DNA of 64,000 nucleotides from Calditrichota bacterium (GTDB taxonomy: Bacteria > Calditrichota > Calditrichia > Calditrichales > Calditrichaceae). This document shows positions 26,649 to 35,347 of the stretch, in pieces. The DNA lies in the NCBI GenBank assembly GCA_024278755.1, contig JAJRSO010000061.1:114938-178937 (forward strand), written 5' to 3'. A program made the position numbers and the translations under genes. Under the pieces are notes generated by a model. That model was not told the origin of the DNA, made no database searches, and saw only the letters and a list, made by a program, of their open reading frames with translations. Within the stretch, counting starts at the first letter, position 1. Each line of letters opens with the position of its first letter.

Positions 26649-26721
26649 GGCGCGTTCGTCTAGTGGTTTAGGACGCTGGCCTCTCACGCCGGTAACACGG
26701 GTTCGACCCCCGTACGCGCTA
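26649..26721 (+). tRNA. tRNA-Glu (anticodon CTC)
   Basis: GGCGCGTTCGTCTAGTGGTTTAGGAC Glu-type D-arm; anticodon stem CTGGC/GCCGG, loop CTCTCAC (CTC at 26683-26685); T-arm ACGGG-TTCGACC-CCCGT; acceptor 3' strand ACGCGCT. Confidence 0.9.
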
Positions 26722-26745
26722 CTCTTTTACTAACTTGCCTAAATT

Positions 26746-27225
26746 ATGTCCGATTCAAATTTATCTGTACAAAAATCCCATGAATATTTTATGCAACAGG
26801 CCATCATCGAAGGCCAAAAAGCGCTTAAAAACGGCGATGTTCCCGTTGGCGCCACGGTTGTTCTAAATGGCAGGATTATCGGCCGCGGTTACAATCAGGT
26901 AGAACTGCTCAAAGACCCGACGGCCCATGCCGAGATGATTGCCATAACGGCGGCATCTAATTCCATCGGCGAAAAATGGTTGCGGGAGGCATCCCTATAT
27001 GTAACCGTCGAACCCTGTTCCATGTGTGCGGGAGCCAGTGTGCTGGCGCGTTTGAAACAGGTTATTTACGGAACGCCGGATATTAAAACAGGCGCGCATT
27101 CCAGTCTATTCAATCTGCTTAACGATCCTCGTCTTAATCATCGTATTGAAGTGATTGCGGGTGTCCTGAAAGAAGAGTGCGCCGCCTTGATGGTGGATTT
27201 TTTTGAATCTCTGCGCCGAAAATAA
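26746..27225 (+). CDS. tadA: tRNA-specific adenosine-34 deaminase
   Basis: 159 aa; CDA zinc motifs HAEMIAI and PCSMCAGA; starts 24 nt after tRNA-Glu. Confidence 0.9.
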   Translation: MSDSNLSVQKSHEYFMQQAIIEGQKALKNGDVPVGATVVLNGRIIGRGYNQVELLKDPTAHAEMIAITAASNSIGEKWLREASLYVTVEPCSMCAGASVLARLKQVIYGTPDIKTGAHSSLFNLLNDPRLNHRIEVIAGVLKEECAALMVDFFESLRRK

Positions 27226-27330
27226 TACAGCTTTCCTGTTACATGGTTTTCAAAGCCACACACCGGGGCGAACTTCTGTTATTGTTTACTATCTGTTTGT
27301 GTTTTGCTATTTGTCCTTTGGGGCTTCTGA

Positions 27331-27350
27331 TGTTACATTTTGTTACATTT
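27331..27350 (+). promoter_or_regulatory. exact tandem direct repeat TGTTACATTT x2 (third TGTTACAT at 27237-27244); candidate OmpR-family operator
   Basis: 10-bp periodic direct repeat 70 nt upstream of the response-regulator ATG 27420. Confidence 0.4.
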
Positions 27351-27419
27351 CAGACATAATTCATTTACGCCTTCTATGTATATTTAAATTGCTATTTAAA
27401 AACAAGCGGAACAGCAGAT

Positions 27420-28106
27420 ATGAGCAAAACGCTTCTTCTCATTGATGACGACAGGAGATTAAATAGTCTTTTGTCGGACTATCTTAAGAAATTTGGATTC
27501 GAAGTGTACCCCGTTACCCATCCCGAAACCGGTTTACGCTATCTTGCAGAGCATTCTCCCGATTTGATTATCCTCGATATTATGCTTCCGGATATGAATG
27601 GATTTGAAGTCTGTAGGCGCATTCGTAAAAATTACAGCACGCCCATTATTATGCTCACAGCGCGCGGCGAAGTAACCGATCGTATTGCCGGTCTGGAAAT
27701 TGGAGCCGATGATTATATGCCTAAGCCGTTTGAACCGCGAGAGCTGGTTGCCCGCATTCAGACTATTTTACGCCGCGGCTCTTTACGGAAAAATGTAGGA
27801 ATATTAACGTTCGGTATACTTTCAATTAATTTAGCCGGACATAGCGCCGCGCTCAACGAAGAACAAATCGATCTGACCACAGCAGAATTTGAGATTTTAA
27901 AATATTTCGGAACAAATCCCGGAAAGGTGTTAAGTCGAGACGATATAATGGACAAAATCCGCGGTATTGAGTGGGATGCCTTTAACCGCTCGGTAGACGT
28001 GTTGGTCAGCCGGTTGCGGCAAAAGCTTGGCGATGACCCCAAAACTCCCCGTTTTATTAAAACCATCTGGGGCAGTGGATACATGTTCATTGGAGGAAAT
28101 ATATAA
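27420..28106 (+). CDS. OmpR/PhoB-family response regulator
   Basis: 228 aa; receiver (LLIDDD, LIILDIMLPDMNG, KPF) plus winged-helix output (IKTIWGSGYMF). Confidence 0.9.
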   Translation: MSKTLLLIDDDRRLNSLLSDYLKKFGFEVYPVTHPETGLRYLAEHSPDLIILDIMLPDMNGFEVCRRIRKNYSTPIIMLTARGEVTDRIAGLEIGADDYMPKPFEPRELVARIQTILRRGSLRKNVGILTFGILSINLAGHSAALNEEQIDLTTAEFEILKYFGTNPGKVLSRDDIMDKIRGIEWDAFNRSVDVLVSRLRQKLGDDPKTPRFIKTIWGSGYMFIGGNI

Positions 28107-29392
28107 TGAGCATGAGCGAACGTATTAAAACCTCTGTCTTTATGAAAATAATTTTAATTTTTCTCGGAGCGCATATCATTATTGGCGTTGCCGGATTTAC
28201 GGTACACAGATATTTTGCTGTGAAGCATCATCAGGATTCCATTATAAAAAACATGGTGCATTACAGTCGTTTTCTGGCTGAAGAAATCGGTTTGCCGGCC
28301 GATACCGCTCGGGCCCGGCAATTAAGCGACGACTACCATATTCAAATTAAATTAAAAGATGCCACCGTTCACTGGCAAAGCGAATCTTTGCTACCTGGTT
28401 TTTTTATGACCGACAGCTCGAAACAGATAAAGTCAGGGCTAACGGGAGATCATTTTTATGTAGAAATTGTGCATTCCGCCGGGCACTATTTATTTATTTA
28501 CGATACCAATACAAATAAAGAGGCCGCTACGGCGCAATGGCGCCTTTTACTAATGATCGCCACCATGATGGTTATCCTGACGATTTTGTATTTTGTAATT
28601 CGTTTCCTGTTACGTCCGTTAAAATTATTAGACAAGGCGGTTGTTGAATTAAGCAGGGGGAATATGGATCACCGGATTAGTATCAACCGTCGGGACGAGT
28701 TTGGCGATTTAATTCGCTCCTTTAATCAGATGGCTTCCCGTTTAAAACAAATGCTTAAAATGCGCGATCAGCTGCTTTTGGATGTCAGCCACGAAATGCG
28801 TTCACCTTTAACCAGAATTAAAGTGGCTCTTGAATTTTTAGAAGACGGTCCGGCCAGAGAAACCATTCGTGAAGATCTGACGGAAATAGAATTGATGACC
28901 GCTGAATTACTGGAATCGGAACGCTTAGACAGTAGATATGGCGGGTTGCATTTACAGACAATTAATTTTACGGATTTTATGCGGCAAAGTATTTCTGTAT
29001 ACAATAGCGACAAGCAGCGCATTGTTTTTAATACAACAGCGACTGAGGTTTTGTTTCGGGCTGATCCGGAACGTCTGCAAACGGCTTTTTCCAATCTGTT
29101 TCAGAATGCTCTGAAATATTCGAATACCGACCAGAAACCAGCGACTGTCACCATCGCTCAAAACAACAGTACTATTATCGTTAAAATTCAGGATTATGGC
29201 CAGGGTATTCCCGAGCAGGACATCCCTTTTGTCTTTGAACCTTTTTACCGGGTGGATAAATCACGTTCCAAAGAGACCGGTGGATATGGGCTGGGACTGA
29301 GTCTGACAAAAAAAATAATCGAAGCCCATAAGGGTACCATTGAAATGGATAGTTCTATAAACAAAGGAACACTTTTTACGATCAAATTTTAA
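28106..29392 (+). CDS. sensor histidine kinase (2 TM, HAMP, HisKA, HATPase_c)
   Basis: 428 aa; H-box SHEMRSPLT, N-box LFQNALKYS, G-boxes DYGQGI and GGYGLGLSL; TAATG overlap with regulator. Confidence 0.9.
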   Translation: MSMSERIKTSVFMKIILIFLGAHIIIGVAGFTVHRYFAVKHHQDSIIKNMVHYSRFLAEEIGLPADTARARQLSDDYHIQIKLKDATVHWQSESLLPGFFMTDSSKQIKSGLTGDHFYVEIVHSAGHYLFIYDTNTNKEAATAQWRLLLMIATMMVILTILYFVIRFLLRPLKLLDKAVVELSRGNMDHRISINRRDEFGDLIRSFNQMASRLKQMLKMRDQLLLDVSHEMRSPLTRIKVALEFLEDGPARETIREDLTEIELMTAELLESERLDSRYGGLHLQTINFTDFMRQSISVYNSDKQRIVFNTTATEVLFRADPERLQTAFSNLFQNALKYSNTDQKPATVTIAQNNSTIIVKIQDYGQGIPEQDIPFVFEPFYRVDKSRSKETGGYGLGLSLTKKIIEAHKGTIEMDSSINKGTLFTIKF

Positions 29393-29420
29393 GTACGAAC
29401 GCTTATTTAACGGAGGAACA

Positions 29421-30533
29421 ATGCGCAATAAATTAATTGGTCTGGCAGGAACAATAGGTATAATTGTAATAAGTATCGTCATTGCCTCGGCCTTTGCCAA
29501 ACAAAAAAAAGACCCGCCGCACAGGGCGCATGATAGTAGTGTGAAATCATATAAAACCGAAACCGTTCAAATAAAAGAAACCGCTCCTGTTTTTAATACC
29601 GGCGGAACCTTGCAGGCTTACAATAAAATTATGCTTTTTGCGGAAGTAAGCGGCATTCTGCACGAAACAGGTACACCGTTTCGCGGCGGCAGCCATTTTA
29701 ACGCGGGACAGATTATTTTAAAAATTGATGATCGGGTGTATCGTAATAATGTTTTGGCACAAAAGAGTACGCTGCTTAATCAGTTTACCCTGTTTCTTCC
29801 GGATCTTGCTATTGATTATCCCGAAAGCGCAAAAAAATGGCAGGCCTATCTGAATAATTTTGAATTGAACCGGCCAATGGCGCCCCTGCCGGCCGCAGCT
29901 GATACAAAAGAAAAGTATTTTATCGCTTCCCGTAATATTTACAGTTTATATTATCAGGTAAAAAGTATGGAAGAGACACTGGCAAAATATACGATTCGCG
30001 CGCCCTATAAAGGAATCGTTACCGAATCGGATATTACTGCCGGCAGTTTAGTGCGCGCCGGTCAGAAATTGGGCGAATTTACAAATATCTCTGTTTATGA
30101 AGCGGCAATGCCTGTTAATCTTAGTGATCTTCCTTTTGTAAAAATAGGTGATCGTGTTACCCTAACCTCGGAAGAGCTGCCCGGTACATTTTCAGGGAAG
30201 ATCCGGCGTATCAATGAAAAAATCGACCGCAATACACAAACGGTTCAGGTTTTTATTTCTGTTTCGGATCCTAATCTAAAAGACGGTATGTATATGAATG
30301 CCTCCATTCAGGCTTCGGGCAACATTGTTTGCGCAAAAATTCCCGAAAAATGGCTGGTGAACGGCAATAGTGTGTATCTCCTGAGAGATTCCAGTTTTAT
30401 GCTATGCCCTGTTCAGGTTATTTTGGATCAGGATGACAATGTTTTAGTGCACGGTCTTAAGCAAGGCGAAACAATCCTTGCACAGGAAGTAAACGCGACC
30501 GATGCCGTTGTTCCCGCCGATGAGATGCATTAA
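29421..30533 (+). CDS. RND efflux periplasmic adaptor (MFP/HlyD family)
   Basis: 370 aa; N-terminal TM anchor, lipoyl/beta-barrel pattern (IRAPYKGIVTE...). Confidence 0.85.
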   Translation: MRNKLIGLAGTIGIIVISIVIASAFAKQKKDPPHRAHDSSVKSYKTETVQIKETAPVFNTGGTLQAYNKIMLFAEVSGILHETGTPFRGGSHFNAGQIILKIDDRVYRNNVLAQKSTLLNQFTLFLPDLAIDYPESAKKWQAYLNNFELNRPMAPLPAAADTKEKYFIASRNIYSLYYQVKSMEETLAKYTIRAPYKGIVTESDITAGSLVRAGQKLGEFTNISVYEAAMPVNLSDLPFVKIGDRVTLTSEELPGTFSGKIRRINEKIDRNTQTVQVFISVSDPNLKDGMYMNASIQASGNIVCAKIPEKWLVNGNSVYLLRDSSFMLCPVQVILDQDDNVLVHGLKQGETILAQEVNATDAVVPADEMH

Positions 30534-30577
30534 GTCCGGTCTATTACTGAAATATTAAAAATTAAACTGGAAGACCT

Positions 30578-33500
30578 ATGAAAGAATTCATTAAACAATT
30601 TATAAAATATCCGGTACTGGGAAATGTAATCGTTTTCACGGTGCTCATATTTGGATTCTTTGGGCTAAGAAGTCTGAAGACCACTTTTTTTCCGCAAATT
30701 CCCAGTAAATTCATTGTTATTCAGGCCGTTTACCCCGGCGCCTCTCCACAAGAAGTAGAAGAAGGCATTGTGCTTAAAATTGAGGACAACCTGAAAGGAC
30801 TTACGGGAATAGACCGGGTGACGTCAACCTCCTCCGAAAATCTGGGTACCATAACGGTGGAGTTGCATACCGGCTATCCGATTGATGTTGCATTGCAGGA
30901 TGTTAAAAATGCCGTGGATAAAATCAGTTATTTCCCGGTTGGCATGGAACCGCCCGTAATTTTTAAGCGGGAGATGATGGATTTTGCCGTTAATTTTGCC
31001 GTTCATGGCAATGTGGATCTCAGAGTTTTAAAAAAGCATGCCCGTAAAATCGAACGCGAATTACGCAATGTGGACGGTATTTCAAAAATTACGCTAAAAG
31101 GTTTCCCAAAGGAAGAGATTGAAATAGGGTTCCGTGAAGACGCTTTGCGGCGTTACAATATGAGTTTTACCGAAGTTAGCAATGCCATCCGCAAAACAAA
31201 TATCCGTGTCACGGGCGGCCGGATAAAAGGAAGTAAGGAAGAACTCCTTATTCGGGCCAGCAGCAAAGGGTATTACGCGGATGAACTTAAAAATATCGTT
31301 ATCCGCGCTTCGGCAGAGGGCGCCATTATCCGCCTGAAAGATGTGGCCGAATTGCGTGATCGTTGGGAAGATCGCCCCGACCGGGTTTATTTTAACGGAA
31401 AACCGGCCGTAAGTATTGATGTTAACACCACAAACGAAGAAGATCTGTTTTTCGTATCCGATTACGTTTTAAAGTATATTAAAAAATACAACGTAACGCA
31501 TAATGAAACCCAAATATCAGTACTGCGGGACGGCTCTAAAATTATCCAGGAGCGTATAAATATTTTAACTAACAACGGTATTTGGGGTATTATTCTGGTG
31601 ATGATTTTTCTAACCCTTTTTCTTAATGCCCGTCTGTCCATTTGGGTTTCACTGGGGATTCCCATCGCATTTGCCGGTATGTTTGCCCTGGGACCGTTGT
31701 TTGGCATCACTATAAATGTAATGTCGCTCATGGCTATGATCCTTGTAGTGGGGATGTTGGTAGATGACGGCATCGTGGTTGCCGAAAACATTTATCAGCA
31801 TTATGAAAACGGCAAAAAACCATTTTTAGCCGCCGTGGACGGCACACTGGAAGTACTGCCTTCGGTACTGTCGGCCGTATTGACAACTGTCGTTATCTTT
31901 TCCACCTTCTTCTTTTTAGAAGGCGGCATGGGCGATCGCACCAGAGATTTAGCCTATGTGGTTATCGCCGCCCTGATTTTTTCACTGGTGGAAGCAACCT
32001 TTATTCTGCCGGCCCATGTGGGACATTCCAAAGCATTAAAAATTGAACCCGAAAAGAAAAACTGGTTTGAAACAAAAACGGAAAACTTTCTGTTTTGGAT
32101 TCGGGATCGGATATATGCCCCCCTTTTACGTTTTAATATCAAACATACGGCGATTGCTTTAGCCATCCCTGTGGCTTTGCTAATTATTACCATTGGGGCG
32201 CTAAAAGGCAGCCTGGTTAAAACAACCTTTTTCCCAAATATCGAAATGGACAATGTAAAAGTTAGTCTGCAAATGCCGGCAGGAACCAGTACAGCCGTCA
32301 CAAACGGCCATTTACGCACTATCGAAAAGGCCGTTTGGACTGTTAACGAAGACTACCGAAAGACTCATAAATCCGCTTCCGCTTTGATTACCAGTGTGGT
32401 ACGTAATATTGGACCCGGCACCAATACGGGTTCGGTTACGGCTAATTTTGTTTCCGTTGATAAGCGCGACTGGCCCAGCTTAAAAATCGTGGACAAAGTA
32501 CGTAAAAAGACAGGCGCTATTCCCAATGCGGTGAATTTGGAATTTGGCGGGGGCAGCCATTGGGGAAAACCGGTTTCCATTGCCATTACCGGAGATAACT
32601 TGCAGGAAGTACGCGGCGCTAAAGATATGCTGAAAAGAGAATTGCGCAATATCAGCGTTATTAAGGATGTGGTCGATAACGACCCGCCGGGACTGCGTGA
32701 AGTAACAATTGATTTAAAAGAAAAAGCGCTGGCTCTGGGTATCACGCCAAAAGACGTGATGGATCAGGTACGCGCCGGTTTCTTCGGGGCGGAGGCACAG
32801 CGTATTCAGCGCGGAATTGACGAAGTTCGTATTTGGGTGCGTTACACAATAGATCAACGCGCCACTTTAAGTCAGTTAAAGCAGATGCGTATCCGTCTGC
32901 CTAATAACCGCGAATACCCGTTAAATGAGATTGCCGATTTAACCATCAAACGGGGAATCACAACCATTAACCATGTTAATACGCAGCGCACAATAAAAGT
33001 GGAAGCCGATATTTCCAATCCCAAAGAATCGGTAACCGATTTATTGGCCAATATCGAAGCCAATATTTTACCGTCGCTAAAAGAACAATATCCGGATATT
33101 CATTTTGCGTTTGAAGGTCAGAGCCGGGAATCGGCTAAAACCGCGAAATCTGCCAGAGCGGTTATTCCTCCTGTTTTGTTGCTGATGTTTATCATTGTCG
33201 TGATAACCTTCCGCTCCTTTTCGCAGGCCTTTATCGTGTATCTTACCATCCCTTTCGGAATAATCGGCGTGATATGGGGCCATTTCATTCAGGGCTATAT
33301 TGTAAGCGTTCTTTCGATGTTTGGAATGATTGCCCTGATGGGTATTATGGTGAACGATTCCCTGGTTTTGATAAATGCAATGAATCAATTGTTAAAACAG
33401 GGCTTACCTTTCCGCGAAGCCTTGTACAAAGCCGCCGTCAGTCGTTTTCGTCCGGTACTGTTAACCTCACTTACGACCATTGCCGGGCTGGGACCGCTGA

Positions 33501-33724
33501 TTTTTGAAACAAGTTTTCACGCACAGTTTTTAGCGCCTATGGCTATTTCGCTCGCTTACGGATTGCTTTTTGCCACCATGTTAACCTTGTTGATGATTCC
33601 GGCGTTGTTAATGATTTTGAACCATATAAAAGTTTTTATATACGGATTATTCAGCAAAGAACAAATGCAACCGCGGGATGTGGAGCCGGCTGTGCGGGAA
33701 GACCTGTTTATTAAAGGGCTATAA
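30578..33724 (+). CDS. RND efflux permease (AcrB/AcrD/AcrF family)
   Basis: 1048 aa; 12-TM/2 large-loop architecture; LVVGMLVDDGIVVAENI and GIMVNDSLVLI motifs. Confidence 0.95.
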   Translation: MKEFIKQFIKYPVLGNVIVFTVLIFGFFGLRSLKTTFFPQIPSKFIVIQAVYPGASPQEVEEGIVLKIEDNLKGLTGIDRVTSTSSENLGTITVELHTGYPIDVALQDVKNAVDKISYFPVGMEPPVIFKREMMDFAVNFAVHGNVDLRVLKKHARKIERELRNVDGISKITLKGFPKEEIEIGFREDALRRYNMSFTEVSNAIRKTNIRVTGGRIKGSKEELLIRASSKGYYADELKNIVIRASAEGAIIRLKDVAELRDRWEDRPDRVYFNGKPAVSIDVNTTNEEDLFFVSDYVLKYIKKYNVTHNETQISVLRDGSKIIQERINILTNNGIWGIILVMIFLTLFLNARLSIWVSLGIPIAFAGMFALGPLFGITINVMSLMAMILVVGMLVDDGIVVAENIYQHYENGKKPFLAAVDGTLEVLPSVLSAVLTTVVIFSTFFFLEGGMGDRTRDLAYVVIAALIFSLVEATFILPAHVGHSKALKIEPEKKNWFETKTENFLFWIRDRIYAPLLRFNIKHTAIALAIPVALLIITIGALKGSLVKTTFFPNIEMDNVKVSLQMPAGTSTAVTNGHLRTIEKAVWTVNEDYRKTHKSASALITSVVRNIGPGTNTGSVTANFVSVDKRDWPSLKIVDKVRKKTGAIPNAVNLEFGGGSHWGKPVSIAITGDNLQEVRGAKDMLKRELRNISVIKDVVDNDPPGLREVTIDLKEKALALGITPKDVMDQVRAGFFGAEAQRIQRGIDEVRIWVRYTIDQRATLSQLKQMRIRLPNNREYPLNEIADLTIKRGITTINHVNTQRTIKVEADISNPKESVTDLLANIEANILPSLKEQYPDIHFAFEGQSRESAKTAKSARAVIPPVLLLMFIIVVITFRSFSQAFIVYLTIPFGIIGVIWGHFIQGYIVSVLSMFGMIALMGIMVNDSLVLINAMNQLLKQGLPFREALYKAAVSRFRPVLLTSLTTIAGLGPLIFETSFHAQFLAPMAISLAYGLLFATMLTLLMIPALLMILNHIKVFIYGLFSKEQMQPRDVEPAVREDLFIKGL

Positions 33725-33762
33725 AATGTACCCAGGCGTTCGGACGGGTGGAACAATAGCAT

Positions 33763-33854
33763 ACACCCTGAGCATGTCGAAAGGTAGAAATTGGCTTCGG
33801 CTTCGTTCAGCTACCAATAAAACTGTACCCTGAGCGGAGTCGAAGGGTAGAAAT
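33763..33854 (+). repeat. two copies of a ~29-nt REP-like element (C/T)ACCCTGAGC..GTCGAA(A/G)GGTAGAAAT
   Basis: Copies at 33763-33791 and 33825-33854; second has 6-bp internal inverted arms TACCCT/AGGGTA. Confidence 0.55.
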
Positions 33855-33865
33855 AAGGAATTAAT

Positions 33866-35176
33866 ATGAAAAATTTTAAAATTATCCTTTATGTACAACT
33901 CTTTTTTTTAGCTGCTGTCCCGTTGTTTGCCCAGGAATTATTAACTCTGGACGACGCTATTGCGGCGGCGCTGAAAAAAAATCAACAGATTCGGATTTTT
34001 CGCAATACGGCGCAAATCAGCGCCAATAATGTCCATGTGGGAAATGCCGGTTTTTTGCCGCAAATTAATGCCAGTACAGGAATCAATTATAATGACGCCG
34101 TGTCGCAGACCTTTGCGGGACTGGCCGATATTAAATCAACCGTTACGTCTGCTAAAGTGGATGTGAGTTATAATCTGTTTGACGGCCTGGGTTCCTTTTT
34201 TACATATCGCAAACTAAAATCACAATCCCATAGCAGCACACTGGCTGCGCGCAATGGTATCGAAGGCGTTATTGTTCAGACGGTGGCCGGATATTATGCT
34301 CTGGCAGCGGCCGAAGAGGCAGCGCAGATTGCCAGAGAAGGATTGTCCATCTCATTGGAGCGTTTGCAGCGGGCGCGTAAACGGGCCGATTTCGGACAGG
34401 CCAACAAACTGGATTTGTTAAATGCCGAAGTCGATTTAAATACAGACTCGGTTACCTACCTGAATGCCTTACAGCAATTAAAGGAAATGCAGCATAGTTT
34501 TAATGTGTTGTTGGGTGTGGAACGCGACGCGCCGTTCACCGTATCCCATCAGGTGTCTTTTGCCGCGTTGAAAACGGAACAGGATTTACTTAACAGCGCT
34601 TTTCAGAACAACGCGCTGTTTTTACAGGCAAAAGAGGAGCTTCAGGGCGCGCAATTTGACCGGTATAAATCATGGTCTTCTCATTTGCCTCGCCTGGATT
34701 TGCGCGGGTCGTACGGACTTAGTCAATATGAATGGGATTTTAAGGTAAAATGGGACGATCCGCATAAAAACGCCAGCGCCGGACTTACATTAAATCTCAA
34801 TCTGTTTGACGGCTTTAAACGAAGTATTCAGACTCAGAATTCTAAAATCGTAGTCAGAACACGAAAACTTCAGGTAGAGCAGGCTCGCCTGAATCTTAAA
34901 AAAGACCTCAGCAATGCTTACAGCGCCTATCAAAATAAACGGGTTGTTCTGAAAATGGAACAAAAAAGCGCCGCCTCGGCCGAGTTAAATTTTAAACGCA
35001 GTAAAGAGCTGTTTGAACTGGGACGCTTAACCAATACCCAGTTTCGTGAAGCCCAACTGAATCTGATTCGGGTAAAATACAATCTTTCTCAGGCAAAATT
35101 TCAGGCCAAAACCGCAGAAGTGGAGTTGTTACGTTTAAGCGGCTTATTGTTGAGAGAAGAAAACGGACGACCGTAG
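33866..35176 (+). CDS. TolC-like outer-membrane efflux protein
   Basis: 436 aa; signal peptide; two OEP repeats (LTLDDAIAAALKKNQQI...). Confidence 0.9.
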   Translation: MKNFKIILYVQLFFLAAVPLFAQELLTLDDAIAAALKKNQQIRIFRNTAQISANNVHVGNAGFLPQINASTGINYNDAVSQTFAGLADIKSTVTSAKVDVSYNLFDGLGSFFTYRKLKSQSHSSTLAARNGIEGVIVQTVAGYYALAAAEEAAQIAREGLSISLERLQRARKRADFGQANKLDLLNAEVDLNTDSVTYLNALQQLKEMQHSFNVLLGVERDAPFTVSHQVSFAALKTEQDLLNSAFQNNALFLQAKEELQGAQFDRYKSWSSHLPRLDLRGSYGLSQYEWDFKVKWDDPHKNASAGLTLNLNLFDGFKRSIQTQNSKIVVRTRKLQVEQARLNLKKDLSNAYSAYQNKRVVLKMEQKSAASAELNFKRSKELFELGRLTNTQFREAQLNLIRVKYNLSQAKFQAKTAEVELLRLSGLLLREENGRP

Positions 35177-35214
35177 TGCGTTAGAAAAACAGTATCTTTT
35201 TATTCCTTTTGTAA

Positions 35215-35242
35215 ACCTTCCGGGACATAAAACCCGGAAGGT
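35215..35242 (+). terminator. perfect 10-bp hairpin ACCTTCCGGG-acataaaa-CCCGGAAGGT
   Basis: About 40 nt after the TolC stop; weak T-tract. Confidence 0.45.
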
Positions 35243-35347
35243 CTGCTTTACATAAACCGGAATAAAAAATCACATCAGAACCGTTGAGATATATAGCAAA
35301 TCGTTGTAAATTTGTCTGTGCCTTATTTTTATTATCCGGAGTGTATT

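Larger units (their letters stand above)
26353..26675 (+). repeat. tandem direct repeat, 144-bp unit x 2.2 (units 26353-26496, 26497-26640, partial 26641-26675)
   Basis: Units differ at only 2 positions (26374 T/G, 26427 G/A). Each unit is T8 + 66-nt tRNA-like element + 8-bp hairpin ACATTCGT/ACGAATGT + T-rich tail; the third unit continues into genuine tRNA-Glu. Confidence 0.9.

Noticed and set aside
26353-26675. Tandem repeat considered as a CRISPR array
   Set aside because: The units are 144 bp and near-identical along their whole length, so there is no alternation of short repeats with unique spacers. No cas genes are in the window.
27203-27445. 80-aa ORF between tadA and the response regulator
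   Set aside because: It covers the promoter/operator region containing the TGTTACATTT repeats. It overlaps both neighbouring genes' ends and has no RBS.
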